From the NCBI GenBank assembly GCA_963663385.2, contig CAXXXD010000003.1, positions 736,001-800,000 of the forward strand: a stretch of 64,000 nt of DNA, given 5' to 3'. The DNA comes from Oceanispirochaeta sp. Its GTDB lineage: Bacteria > Spirochaetota > Spirochaetia > DSM-2461. Made by a program: the position numbers and the translations under genes. This document shows positions 1 to 8,881 of this stretch, piece by piece. Below the pieces are notes generated by a model. That model made no database searches and had not been told where the DNA came from. It was given only the letters and a program-made list of their open reading frames with translations. Each line of letters starts with the position of its first letter. Position 1 is the stretch's first letter.

Positions 1-867
1 AAGCCTCTATATGATTTGCTGAAAGAAAACATTAAATCCGGTTCCATTATTAATGCCGATGAGACGAGAGTTCAGGTTCTAAAGGAACCGAAACGAAAAG
101 CTTCAGATAAATCATGGATGTGGGTCTTTCTCAGAGGAGATCCCGATAAAAAATGTGTCATATTTCAGTATGAGCAAGGCCGATCCCATGCAATTCCGTT
201 GGATTTCTTGGAAAATTACTCTGGCTGGGTTCAAACTGATGATTTTGAGGCCTACCATACTGCCCGAAAAAAAGTTGATGGAGATATAAAGCATGTCTTA
301 TGCTGGGCCCATGCCAGAAGAAAGTTCTTCCAATATTGGGAATCAACCAAGAAAAAAGATGCAGAAGCAAAGCAAATTCTCGACCTGATAAAGGATCTGT
401 TTGAACTGGAATCATTACGGGATAATTATTCGCTAAAAGGGTTTCATAAACAGCGACAAAATAGAGCAGAACCGATACTAGATAAGTTACAGAAAAAACT
501 GACGAAGCTTTATCCTCAAGTACCTCCTTCTTTAGAGTTCGGTAAGGCGATGAAGTATACATTGAGCAACTGGGAGCAGTTGGTTCTATATCTGAAAAAT
601 CCTGTTTTGACTCCTTCGAACAATAGCGCTGAAAATGCAATCAGACCCTTCGTAATCGGGAGAAAAAACTGGCTTTTTGCCGGAAGCCCGAAAGGTGCTG
701 AATCATCGGCAATTCTGTACAGTCTCGTTGAATCTGCGAAGATGAACAATCTTCCAGTTTATGCTTACTTGTACTTTATCTTCCGGGAATTGCCCTGCTG
801 TGAAAAACAGAGTGATTATGAAAAATTACTTCCCTATAATTTAACTGCTGAAGATATTGCAATCTGA
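1..867 (+). CDS. tnpC: IS66 transposase TnpC, C-terminal part (5' end outside window)
   Basis: ADET, CWAHARRKF, SNNSAENAIRPFVIGRKNWLF motifs; same sequence as the 520-aa copies. Confidence 0.95.
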   Translation, partial: KPLYDLLKENIKSGSIINADETRVQVLKEPKRKASDKSWMWVFLRGDPDKKCVIFQYEQGRSHAIPLDFLENYSGWVQTDDFEAYHTARKKVDGDIKHVLCWAHARRKFFQYWESTKKKDAEAKQILDLIKDLFELESLRDNYSLKGFHKQRQNRAEPILDKLQKKLTKLYPQVPPSLEFGKAMKYTLSNWEQLVLYLKNPVLTPSNNSAENAIRPFVIGRKNWLFAGSPKGAESSAILYSLVESAKMNNLPVYAYLYFIFRELPCCEKQSDYEKLLPYNLTAEDIAI

Positions 868-914
868 TCCATCAGTCCTAAAATGCTGTCAATGTGGGAA
901 GAATTACCGCTTAC
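1..914 (+). mobile_element. IS66-family element, copy 1 (partial, runs off the window start)
   Basis: Ends ...AGAATTACCGCTTAC at 914, the reverse complement of the GTAAGCGGTAATTCT terminus of the copies at 11913 and 14413; same TnpC sequence. Confidence 0.95.
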
Positions 915-2703
915 AGAAAAAGTCACCTTTTCTACAGCTCTCAGCCAAAACATGGTAAAATTCTATAAAAGGGAGGTTTTCAATAATGGCCAGATATAAA
1001 GAGTATTCTTATGCCCAAACAATGATGATCCCCGTAAGCTTTGAAAAACAGATTTTACCAGGAACATTCGAATATACATTATGCCATCTGATAGACAATC
1101 AAATTGACATTGATATGTCAGTTTTTGAAAACCACTACGAAAATGATGAAACCGGAGCTCCCGCCTACGACCCTGCCATCCTCTTAAAAATAGTCCTTTA
1201 CGCCTATTCAAAAGGAATAAACAGCAGCAGAAAAATTGAACAATTATGTCGGGAAAACATAGTCTGTATGGCACTGGCCGCCGATTCCAGACCCCACTTT
1301 ACAACAATCGCCGACTTTATCTCTTCTCGTCACAAAGAGTGCCAATCCCTCTTTACCATGATACTCTCTGTTTGTTACTCCCAGGGACTCATTGGAAAAA
1401 ACATGTTTGCCATAGACGGCTGTAAAATCTCCTCCAACTGCTCTAAGGAATGGAGCGGAACCAAAGCTGAACTATTTGCCAAAACAAAAAAAATAGAGAA
1501 ATCCGTAAACTACCTGATTGAGAAACACAAAAGCACGGATATTAAATGGGATGATAAGAATCAGCGGAAAAAAGAAAAGCAGGCCATCAAAAAGCTAAAG
1601 ACTAAAACAGATAAAATCTACAAATGGCTTGATACCCATTATGACCGTTTCGGGAGTCAGGATCAGCCCATTAAAAGCAATATAGTTGATAACGAAAGCG
1701 CTAAAATGTCCACCGGACATGGCGTTATACAGGGATATAATGGCATTGCTGCAGTAGACGACAAGCATCAATTAATTATATTTGCCGATACATACGGTGA
1801 TGTAAACGAATCAGGACACCTAACAGAGATACTTGAGGGGATTGATAAGAGCTGCAAAGAATCTCACATAGATGACCACATCTATAATAATGTCACCATA
1901 ACTGCTGATACAGGCTTTCATAATAAAAAGAACATGCAGATGATCTGCGAGAAGAAGATAGATGCCTATATCCCGGACAATCAGTTCAGAAAAAGGCACG
2001 TAGCCTTTCAGGATGCCGGCAGATACAAAAAGAAAGTCGCCAACTGGAAACCGGAAAAAGGAAAACACTATTTTAGTCCGGAAGACTTTTATATGGATAC
2101 GGCAACCAACCAGCTTATCTGCCCTGCCGGTCATGCCATGTGGCTGAAATCCCCCAACTTCAGAAGCAATGACGGTCGGTATACCGGAAAGTCCTATCAA
2201 GGGCATATACGCAATTGTCGTGACTGTAAACTTCGTTCAAAATGTATAAGAAAGGAAACGACAAAGGCCCGTCAGGTTGCCATACTGAAGGAAGTGCCGG
2301 ATGGAAAAGGGAGCAATCCCATGGCCGGTATGAAGGAGAAAATTGATACGCCCTATGGACGATCAGTTTATGCAAAACGGATGAGTACGGTAGAACCTGT
2401 ATTCGGACATATTGCCGGAATGAAAAAGCTGAATCGCTTTACTTTACGGGGTACGGAAAAGGTCCGGACACAGTGGTTGTTGTACTGTATGGTGCATAAT
2501 ATCGGGAAAATCCAGCAGTATAGTGCGTAGGAATACGGAAAAGTGCTAAAGAATGGGTATAGCGTTGGATAAAACCAATTGTAGTTGAATATAGCCGGTT
2601 TTAATCGGATTTAATATTGAAATCAAAGAGATGAATGATTTTTCCAAATGAGTGCTTTCAGGGGAGCCTTGAAAATACCCAGTTTGAGTTTTTCTACAGT
2701 CTC
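915..2703 (+). mobile_element. IS1182-family element; left end interrupted by IS66 copy 1
   Basis: Right end TTTTTCTACAGTCTC at 2689-2703; left remnant AGAAAAAGTCACCTTTTCTACAGCTCTC directly after IS66; transposase in between. Confidence 0.8.
986..2530 (+). CDS. IS1182-family transposase
   Basis: GAPAYDP..LLKIVLYAY, PHFTTIADF, AIDG, ADTGF, CPAG zinc-finger segment, KRMSTVEPVFG, RFTLRG motifs. Confidence 0.9.
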   Translation: MARYKEYSYAQTMMIPVSFEKQILPGTFEYTLCHLIDNQIDIDMSVFENHYENDETGAPAYDPAILLKIVLYAYSKGINSSRKIEQLCRENIVCMALAADSRPHFTTIADFISSRHKECQSLFTMILSVCYSQGLIGKNMFAIDGCKISSNCSKEWSGTKAELFAKTKKIEKSVNYLIEKHKSTDIKWDDKNQRKKEKQAIKKLKTKTDKIYKWLDTHYDRFGSQDQPIKSNIVDNESAKMSTGHGVIQGYNGIAAVDDKHQLIIFADTYGDVNESGHLTEILEGIDKSCKESHIDDHIYNNVTITADTGFHNKKNMQMICEKKIDAYIPDNQFRKRHVAFQDAGRYKKKVANWKPEKGKHYFSPEDFYMDTATNQLICPAGHAMWLKSPNFRSNDGRYTGKSYQGHIRNCRDCKLRSKCIRKETTKARQVAILKEVPDGKGSNPMAGMKEKIDTPYGRSVYAKRMSTVEPVFGHIAGMKKLNRFTLRGTEKVRTQWLLYCMVHNIGKIQQYSA

Positions 2704-2731
2704 GTTATACAACAAGAATCAAGGATCACAT

Positions 2732-4057
2732 ATGATATCTTCGGAATTCAAGAATAATTTTCTCAAAAGGATTACTAGAATTGATTCAATAAATGTTACA
2801 GCTACACAATGTATTGAAAAAGATCCTAATACGATAAATGGAACAGCAACTATCTTTTTTGAGAATGAAATTTTAAAAATAGTTTTTTATCCAACAAATG
2901 ATGAATTAGATTTTTTCTACCCTCCATATGAAATTGGAGCAATAATAAAAAAAGAATATTATTATAAAATTACTTTCAGCGACAAAAATGGAAAATTATG
3001 GGAAACAGATCGATTTCTGCCAAAAAGAACAATTTCTTTACCAAAAAATGAAGTTATTTGGAATTGTTCTATTAGATCGATAAAAACAATATTCTCAATG
3101 CAGGATGTGGGTGCTGCAAAAAAGTTAAATTATTTGACTATATCAGTTAAAAATAATTTAGAAATTCCAATTAATGACTACTATTGTCAAAAATGTTTAA
3201 CCGATAATTTTACATTTACAGATAATAATGTTGGAATTTGGCATATAAGGGAAGAAAATGAAAATTTCAAAATAATGAATTTAAATGGAAGCACAATAAT
3301 TAAGTTCGAAACAAATGATTTATTTCCTCAAAAGACAATAGCATCTTTACTTGGTACTATATCCTTTATGTGGGGAGAAAAAATTGAATATGAATATATT
3401 GAATATCTATATGATGATAAAAAAAGTATAGAATTATTTAATTCTCCAAATGCTGATAATAATAAGCTCAATACACCACTTGTAATGAAAACTCATGAGC
3501 ATAAAGATAATTATGACAAACTTTTTTATAAGTATTTCAAATTTATTGATAATGAAGCGAATAAGTTGATATATATACAAAATCAAATTATTGCTTCTAA
3601 TAAAACAATATTGGAAGTTTATTCATTAGTACTTTCAACTTGTATCGAAAATTTGATTAAAAATCGGTTTGATATGAAAGATAAAAAGACTATCACTGAA
3701 GTTGATTCAATAATAACATTAGTCAGAAAAAAGAATATTGAGGAAAAAATAAAAAATAGAATTTTAGGATCTTTAAATTCAATACGTAAATCACCCAAAA
3801 GAGCAAAAGACATTCTAAATGAATTATTGAACAACGGAGTCATTACAAAAGAGCAAAAAAAATCATGGGACAAACTTAGAAACTCTACAGCACATGGTTC
3901 ATATGATTTTGAGGTTTCAGATCTCTTAAAATTAACCAATGATGTATTAACACTTTATTATTTGATAATCTTTGAAATTATTGGATATAAGGGAGAATAT
4001 GTAAATTACTCAAAAAAGAATTTCCCTGTAGAATTAAATTATGCAAATGATGAATAA
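2732..4057 (+). CDS. HEPN-domain protein (ApeA-like architecture), cassette gene
   Basis: C-terminal RNSTAH (RxxxxH) motif. Start moved to ATG 2732 after AAGGA because the ORF-track start lies inside the IS end. Confidence 0.65.
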   Translation: MISSEFKNNFLKRITRIDSINVTATQCIEKDPNTINGTATIFFENEILKIVFYPTNDELDFFYPPYEIGAIIKKEYYYKITFSDKNGKLWETDRFLPKRTISLPKNEVIWNCSIRSIKTIFSMQDVGAAKKLNYLTISVKNNLEIPINDYYCQKCLTDNFTFTDNNVGIWHIREENENFKIMNLNGSTIIKFETNDLFPQKTIASLLGTISFMWGEKIEYEYIEYLYDDKKSIELFNSPNADNNKLNTPLVMKTHEHKDNYDKLFYKYFKFIDNEANKLIYIQNQIIASNKTILEVYSLVLSTCIENLIKNRFDMKDKKTITEVDSIITLVRKKNIEEKIKNRILGSLNSIRKSPKRAKDILNELLNNGVITKEQKKSWDKLRNSTAHGSYDFEVSDLLKLTNDVLTLYYLIIFEIIGYKGEYVNYSKKNFPVELNYANDE

Positions 4058-4063
4058 ATTGTT

Positions 4064-4160
4064 GTATAACAAAGCCTTGCAACTGTCATGGCAAACTGTC
4101 ACAGAAAATGCGTGGCATTTTCTGCGCCAATTCACCATGCAGCTGAAGGCGACGTTATAT
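4064..4160 (+). other. attC site (97 bp)
   Basis: GTATAAC...GTTATAT; paired arms GCCTTGCAACTG/CAGCTGAAGGC, CATGG/CCATG, CAGAAAATGC/GCATTTTCTG; 6 bp after a stop codon. Confidence 0.9.
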
Positions 4161-4396
4161 CGAACACATTTTGTACTTCTGGTTCTTTCATAATTGCCAG
4201 ATGATTTAGTAGGTTTTAGGGTTTTGATACGGGTTGATTGATGCTCACACTACACTGATTATCAATCTTTGATGTGAGCAACGGTGCTAGAGTTCCTACA
4301 TTCAGCGGCGAAAAAGTTCCGCTTTTACTGACATAAAAAGGGGCAAATATCCTAAAGTAGAGATTACCACACCTACTACAAAAGGAACCTGCCCCT

Positions 4397-5680
4397 ATGT
4401 GTCAAAAGGAAGATCGCATGCATGTAGCACGCATCATGGCCAACGAAGGCCATACTCAAAAGTATATCGCTGAGTATCTTGGTGTCAGCGACCGGATGGT
4501 AAGGAAATACCTGAATCCGGACTTCAGAACCCGTCCCAGGAAATCCCGGGAAAGCATCCTTAAACCATTCTACCCCATAATAGAAGATACCTTGGAAAAT
4601 GATCCATACTTCAACCTCGTTTATCTTCATGAGAGACTACAAAACTCCGGTTATTCTGGAAAAATGACAATCCTACGTGACTATGCCCGGAAGTACAGGA
4701 AGAAACTGATTGAGAAAGCAGTAATCCGCTTTGAAACAGAGCCGGGAAGACAGGCCCAAGTTGACTGGAAAGAATGCGGAAAAATGGAGATTGATGGCAA
4801 ACTTCAGAAAGTATATGCATTTGTCATGCTGCTGGGATATAGTAGGATCCCGTTTGTCCTTTTCTCCTTGGATATGACCTCGCCGACATTGCTCCAAGCC
4901 CATCTGATGGCATTCCGGTTCTTCGGTGCTGTTCCGAAGGAAATTCTTTACGACAACATGAGAACAGCCTGGTACAACAACGGCGGTGTCTGGCACGTGA
5001 ACTCAAAGCTCCTGGCCTTTGCTTCAGCCTGTGGTTTCACTCCTCTTCGCTGCCAAGTTCGTAGACCGCAAACTAAGGGAAAGGTAGAGCGTTTTATCGG
5101 TTACCTGGGCCACAACTTCTTGATCCGTGAAGAAGCAATGAAGAGCCGCTCAATAAACGATTTAAACCTGACTGTCTCCAAATGGATCAAAACAGTAGTG
5201 GAACAGCAGATGAGCCAATTTAAACAGACTCGAAAAGAGAGATTTGAGTACGAAAGGCAGTTTATGAACCCTTGGAACCCTGAGGCAGCTCCAGATGTAA
5301 GGCTGGTTAAAGAACTGCTTGTCTCCAGAGAAGGGTTTATTCGTTTTGAATCAAACAAGTACAGCATTCCCGCGGACTTCATAGGACAAGTTGCGACACT
5401 GAAAGTAGATACGCTGGCAAGAACTGCCGCTATCTTCATTGATGGGGCCCCTGTTAGAACCTTCAAGCTTCTGACAAAAGGTGCGAAATTAGAATCTATC
5501 CGAAAGATTGATACCGACTCACTGGTTAAACGCTGGAAGAAAGAGAATCGCATGACAAAAAGGAATGTCGTTGCCAGTGTCCCGGAAATAAAGAATACTC
5601 CCAGGTCATCATTGATGCATACAGAGGTTGATACACGCCATCCTGAAAGCTACGACAAGCTTATGGGGGTAACAGCATGA
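4397..5680 (+). CDS. istA: IS21 transposase IstA
   Basis: N-terminal HTH; RFETEPGRQAQVDW, YDNM, PQTKGKVER motifs. Confidence 0.95.
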   Translation: MCQKEDRMHVARIMANEGHTQKYIAEYLGVSDRMVRKYLNPDFRTRPRKSRESILKPFYPIIEDTLENDPYFNLVYLHERLQNSGYSGKMTILRDYARKYRKKLIEKAVIRFETEPGRQAQVDWKECGKMEIDGKLQKVYAFVMLLGYSRIPFVLFSLDMTSPTLLQAHLMAFRFFGAVPKEILYDNMRTAWYNNGGVWHVNSKLLAFASACGFTPLRCQVRRPQTKGKVERFIGYLGHNFLIREEAMKSRSINDLNLTVSKWIKTVVEQQMSQFKQTRKERFEYERQFMNPWNPEAAPDVRLVKELLVSREGFIRFESNKYSIPADFIGQVATLKVDTLARTAAIFIDGAPVRTFKLLTKGAKLESIRKIDTDSLVKRWKKENRMTKRNVVASVPEIKNTPRSSLMHTEVDTRHPESYDKLMGVTA

Positions 5681-6441
5681 ATGTACTGCAGGAGACCATA
5701 GAGATCAGGATGAACGACTTAGGGCTGGAGTTTATGGCGGCGGGGTTGGAGAGCTTCCTTGAAGCTCAATCTCACACAGAAAACACTCTCTCTCAGTCAA
5801 TTGCAGACCTATTGGAACTGGAGTACGTTCCCCGTAAGGAGAGAGCTGCAAAAAGCCGTCTGAAGCTCTCTGGAATGCCATCGATCAAGCTATTAGAGGA
5901 CTTCGACCTATCCTGGTTGAAGGGAGGATTGACCGCTGCTCAACTGGCAGAGTTTTCTAGTCTGGCTTTCATTGAAAGAAAGGAAAATCTAGTACTGATG
6001 GGGCCAAGTGGATTGGGTAAAACCCATTTGATGCTAGCTCTGGCTCATAAAGCCTGTCAGAATGGTTATACTGTATGGTATACAAGCTGCATCGATCTGA
6101 TGGAGAATCTGACCCATGCCCGGGAGCAGGGGCGGTTGAAGCGACGGCTTACCTGGCTTAGAAAGCCTCATCTCATCCTTATCGATGAAGTTGGCTACGA
6201 GAACCTGACGAAAGAACAGGCCAACTTGTTTTTTCAGATTGTAAACACCCGCTATGAACAAGGCAGTATGATCATCACCACAAACAAGTCTTTCGGTCGT
6301 TGGGCTGAGATTCTGGATGATGAAGCCATTGCGACAGCGACTATAGACAGGCTCCTTCACCATGCACATGTCCTGAGTCTTAAAGGGGATTCATACCGGA
6401 TGAAAGACCGGTTGAAAATAGGGATCGTTGATCCTGTTTAA
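5677..6441 (+). CDS. istB: IS21 helper ATPase IstB
   Basis: GPSGLGKTHL Walker A, LIDEVGY, IITTN, DRLLHH; overlaps istA stop. Confidence 0.95.
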   Translation: MNVLQETIEIRMNDLGLEFMAAGLESFLEAQSHTENTLSQSIADLLELEYVPRKERAAKSRLKLSGMPSIKLLEDFDLSWLKGGLTAAQLAEFSSLAFIERKENLVLMGPSGLGKTHLMLALAHKACQNGYTVWYTSCIDLMENLTHAREQGRLKRRLTWLRKPHLILIDEVGYENLTKEQANLFFQIVNTRYEQGSMIITTNKSFGRWAEILDDEAIATATIDRLLHHAHVLSLKGDSYRMKDRLKIGIVDPV

Positions 6442-6617
6442 TTTTACCCAGAAGCGGAACTTTTAAACCGTTGAAATGAGGAACTTTTTCACCGCTGTTG
6501 ACAATCTTTGACGCCGGTTGCGGCTGGCAGAAGTGGAAATAAGGGCATTCGCCTTCACCTACGTTTATTAAGATATTCTTGCCTGATATGGCATCGGTGA
6601 TTTACAAAATGCTGTAG

Positions 6618-6792
6618 ACATAACAAGAAAATGATACTGTCGTCGCTACAGATCACATTTCTTGCAGAGATACAGTATGCTGATAAATAGTTCTTTCTTA
6701 AAAACAAATTACTGTTTAAAATAAGTCTGCAAGAAAAGCGCCTGTACCTGTCCTTCGGCCAGGCCGCTCCGCAGCATATTTTGGCGTTATAC
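6618..6792 (+). other. attC site, unusually long (175 bp)
   Basis: ACATAAC...GTTATAC; arms AAAATGATACTG/CAGCATATTTT and TTTCTTGCAGA/TCTGCAAGAAA. Confidence 0.75.
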
Positions 6793-6811
6793 CGATACAG
6801 GGAGTTAAAAA

Positions 6812-8320
6812 ATGAAGATCTTACTTGATACAAATATTCTAATACATCGAGAATCAAATCGAGTCATAAATCAAGATATAGGTCTTCTTTTTTATTGGCT
6901 TGATAAAATGGGTTATGAAAAATGGATACACCCAGATTCAATAAATGAAATTGAAAATTACCAAGATCGTATTGTTGTTGAAACCATACGAGCTAAAATA
7001 CAAAATTATAGATTATTAAATACGTTATCCGAAGACAATGTTGATATTCAAAGAATAAGAAAAGAATTTGATAATAACAGAAATGATGAAATAGATACTA
7101 ACCTTTTAAAAGAAGTCCATAATCAGAGAATAGAATATTTCATTACAGAAGATAGAAAAATACATAAGAAAGCAAAAAGTTTAAATATTCATGATAAAGT
7201 TTTCACAATAGATTCTATTATCGAAAAATTAACCTTTGAAAATCCAGATCTAATCGAGTATCCAATCCCATCAATTAAGAAAATTTACTTTGGGAATATC
7301 GATGTAAATCAATCTTTCTTCGATTCATTTCGGGAGGATTATCCAGGATTTAACGAATGGTTCAATAAAAAATCGGAGAATGAAGCATATATTTCAGAAG
7401 TGAGTAATCATATTGTTGCCTTTTTGTATATCAAAATTGAAGACGAAAGAGAAAATTATAAAAATATAACTCCAAATTTCGCACCTCATAGAAGGTTGAA
7501 AATTGGAACTTTTAAGGTTATTTCTAATGGATATAAAATAGGTGAGCGATTCCTAAAAATAATCTTCGATAATGCTGTAATAAACAAAGTTGATGAAATA
7601 TATGTTACAATATTCTCAAATAGCTTAGAGAAAAAAATGTTGATAAATCTTCTATGCGATTGGTGTTTTACAGAATTTGGAAAAAAACATAATGCTTATG
7701 GAAATGAATTAGTTTTTATACGTAAGATATCTTCATTTGAAAATGGATATTGTAAAAATATTTTTCCAAAGATACCCTTAAATACAGATAAGTATATTGT
7801 CCCTATATATCCTGCATATCATACAAATCTTTTCCCTGATTCAATATTAAATAATGAAAGCCCAATAGATTTTATCGAGAATGAACCATTTAGAAATGCG
7901 ATACAAAAAGTTTATATCTCACGATCGATAAATAGAGAATTTAAAGAAAATGACCTTATTGTTTTTTATAGAACAGGTGGTTTCTATAAAAGTGTTATTA
8001 CTACAATAGGTATTGTGCATTCTGTTATTGACGATATTAGTTCGGAAAGAGACTTTTTAAGTCTTTGTAGAAAACGATCAGTGTTTACTGATAAAGAATT
8101 ATCAGAACATTGGAACTATAATCGAGGGAATAGACCTTTTATAGTAAATTTTCTATATTCATATTCTTTCCCTAAACGGATAAATATGGAAAAATTAATA
8201 AATTTAGGTATAATACCGGATAGATTCTCAGCTCCCAGAGGGTTTGAGCCATTATCAGACTCAAAATTTGACACAATACTTAAGGAGACCAATTCTGATG
8301 AACGTTATTTTATCCATTAA
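6812..8320 (+). CDS. PIN + GNAT + ASCH/EVE-like multidomain protein, cassette gene
   Basis: PIN motifs LLDTNILI and FITEDRKI; GNAT-like LKIGTFKV...GYKIGERFL; C-terminal IVPIYPAYH...LIVFYR segment resembling PUA-like folds. Confidence 0.7.
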   Translation: MKILLDTNILIHRESNRVINQDIGLLFYWLDKMGYEKWIHPDSINEIENYQDRIVVETIRAKIQNYRLLNTLSEDNVDIQRIRKEFDNNRNDEIDTNLLKEVHNQRIEYFITEDRKIHKKAKSLNIHDKVFTIDSIIEKLTFENPDLIEYPIPSIKKIYFGNIDVNQSFFDSFREDYPGFNEWFNKKSENEAYISEVSNHIVAFLYIKIEDERENYKNITPNFAPHRRLKIGTFKVISNGYKIGERFLKIIFDNAVINKVDEIYVTIFSNSLEKKMLINLLCDWCFTEFGKKHNAYGNELVFIRKISSFENGYCKNIFPKIPLNTDKYIVPIYPAYHTNLFPDSILNNESPIDFIENEPFRNAIQKVYISRSINREFKENDLIVFYRTGGFYKSVITTIGIVHSVIDDISSERDFLSLCRKRSVFTDKELSEHWNYNRGNRPFIVNFLYSYSFPKRINMEKLINLGIIPDRFSAPRGFEPLSDSKFDTILKETNSDERYFIH

Positions 8321-8693
8321 ACCAAAGTATGTTGATAAAATATTCAAAGGTGAGAAAACATTTGAATATAGAAAAAGTATATTTAAAAGAAATGACATAG
8401 AGAAAGTCATAATATATTCTTCATCTCCAGTAATGAAAGTTGTAGGTGAATTCAAGATTAAAGATATTTATTGTGCCAATCCTGATGAGATATGGGAGAA
8501 TACAAAATTAGAATCTGGAATTGATGAAACTTTCTTTAGGAAATATTTTGACGGGAAGGATAAAGCATTTGCAATAAAAATAAACAACCTAAAACAATAT
8601 AAAGATGAATATGATTTATTTAAAAGCTTTGGAATAAAACCACCTCAATCATTTGCATATGTAGACAACGGTATAACAAAGCTATGCAACTGA
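8298..8693 (+). CDS. ASCH-domain protein
   Basis: LSIKPKYVDKIFKGEKTFEYRK (GxKxxExR) and PPQSF; AAGGAG RBS before ATG 8298; stop codon falls inside attC. Confidence 0.85.
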   Translation: MNVILSIKPKYVDKIFKGEKTFEYRKSIFKRNDIEKVIIYSSSPVMKVVGEFKIKDIYCANPDEIWENTKLESGIDETFFRKYFDGKDKAFAIKINNLKQYKDEYDLFKSFGIKPPQSFAYVDNGITKLCN

Positions 8694-8805
8694 CCCAATT
8701 TTTGTCACGATTTTTGCCTTCGGCCGTTACGGAACTAATCGTTCCTACACTCAAAAATCACGCCAACCCTTCGGGACAATTGGGCAGCTGATAGCGATGT
8801 TATAC
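8671..8805 (+). other. attC site (135 bp)
   Basis: GTATAAC...GTTATAC; arms GCTATGCAACTG/CAGCTGATAGC, CCCAATT/AATTGGG, GATTTTTG/CAAAAATC. Confidence 0.9.
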
Positions 8806-8846
8806 GGAAAAAGATATACAAATGAATAGTATCGGAGATAATTCCA

Positions 8847-8875
8847 TTGTCTGAAATTATTGAGACTGTTAGAAT
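8847..8875 (+). promoter_or_regulatory. Putative sigma70 promoter inside the RM cassette (leaderless mRNA)
   Basis: TTGTCT-17-TAGAAT; ATG 6 nt downstream; no RBS. Confidence 0.5.
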
Positions 8876-8881
8876 ACAAAA

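Larger units (their letters stand above)
4273..6503 (+). mobile_element. IS21-family element (2231 bp)
   Basis: TGT...ACA ends with imperfect IRs (TGTGAGCAACGGTGCTAGAGTTCC / TGTCAACAGCGGTGAAAAAGTTCC); 8-bp TSD ATCTTTGA at 4265-4272 and 6504-6511. Confidence 0.95.
4154..6624. other. ORF-less cassette (~230 bp) interrupted by IS21
   Basis: Removing IS21 and one TSD copy leaves a short segment between two attC sites with no convincing ORF and complementary termini. Confidence 0.6.

Noticed and set aside
2648..2731. N-terminal extension of the HEPN ORF
   Set aside because: Lies in the IS1182 end and the cassette core; ATG 2732 has an RBS
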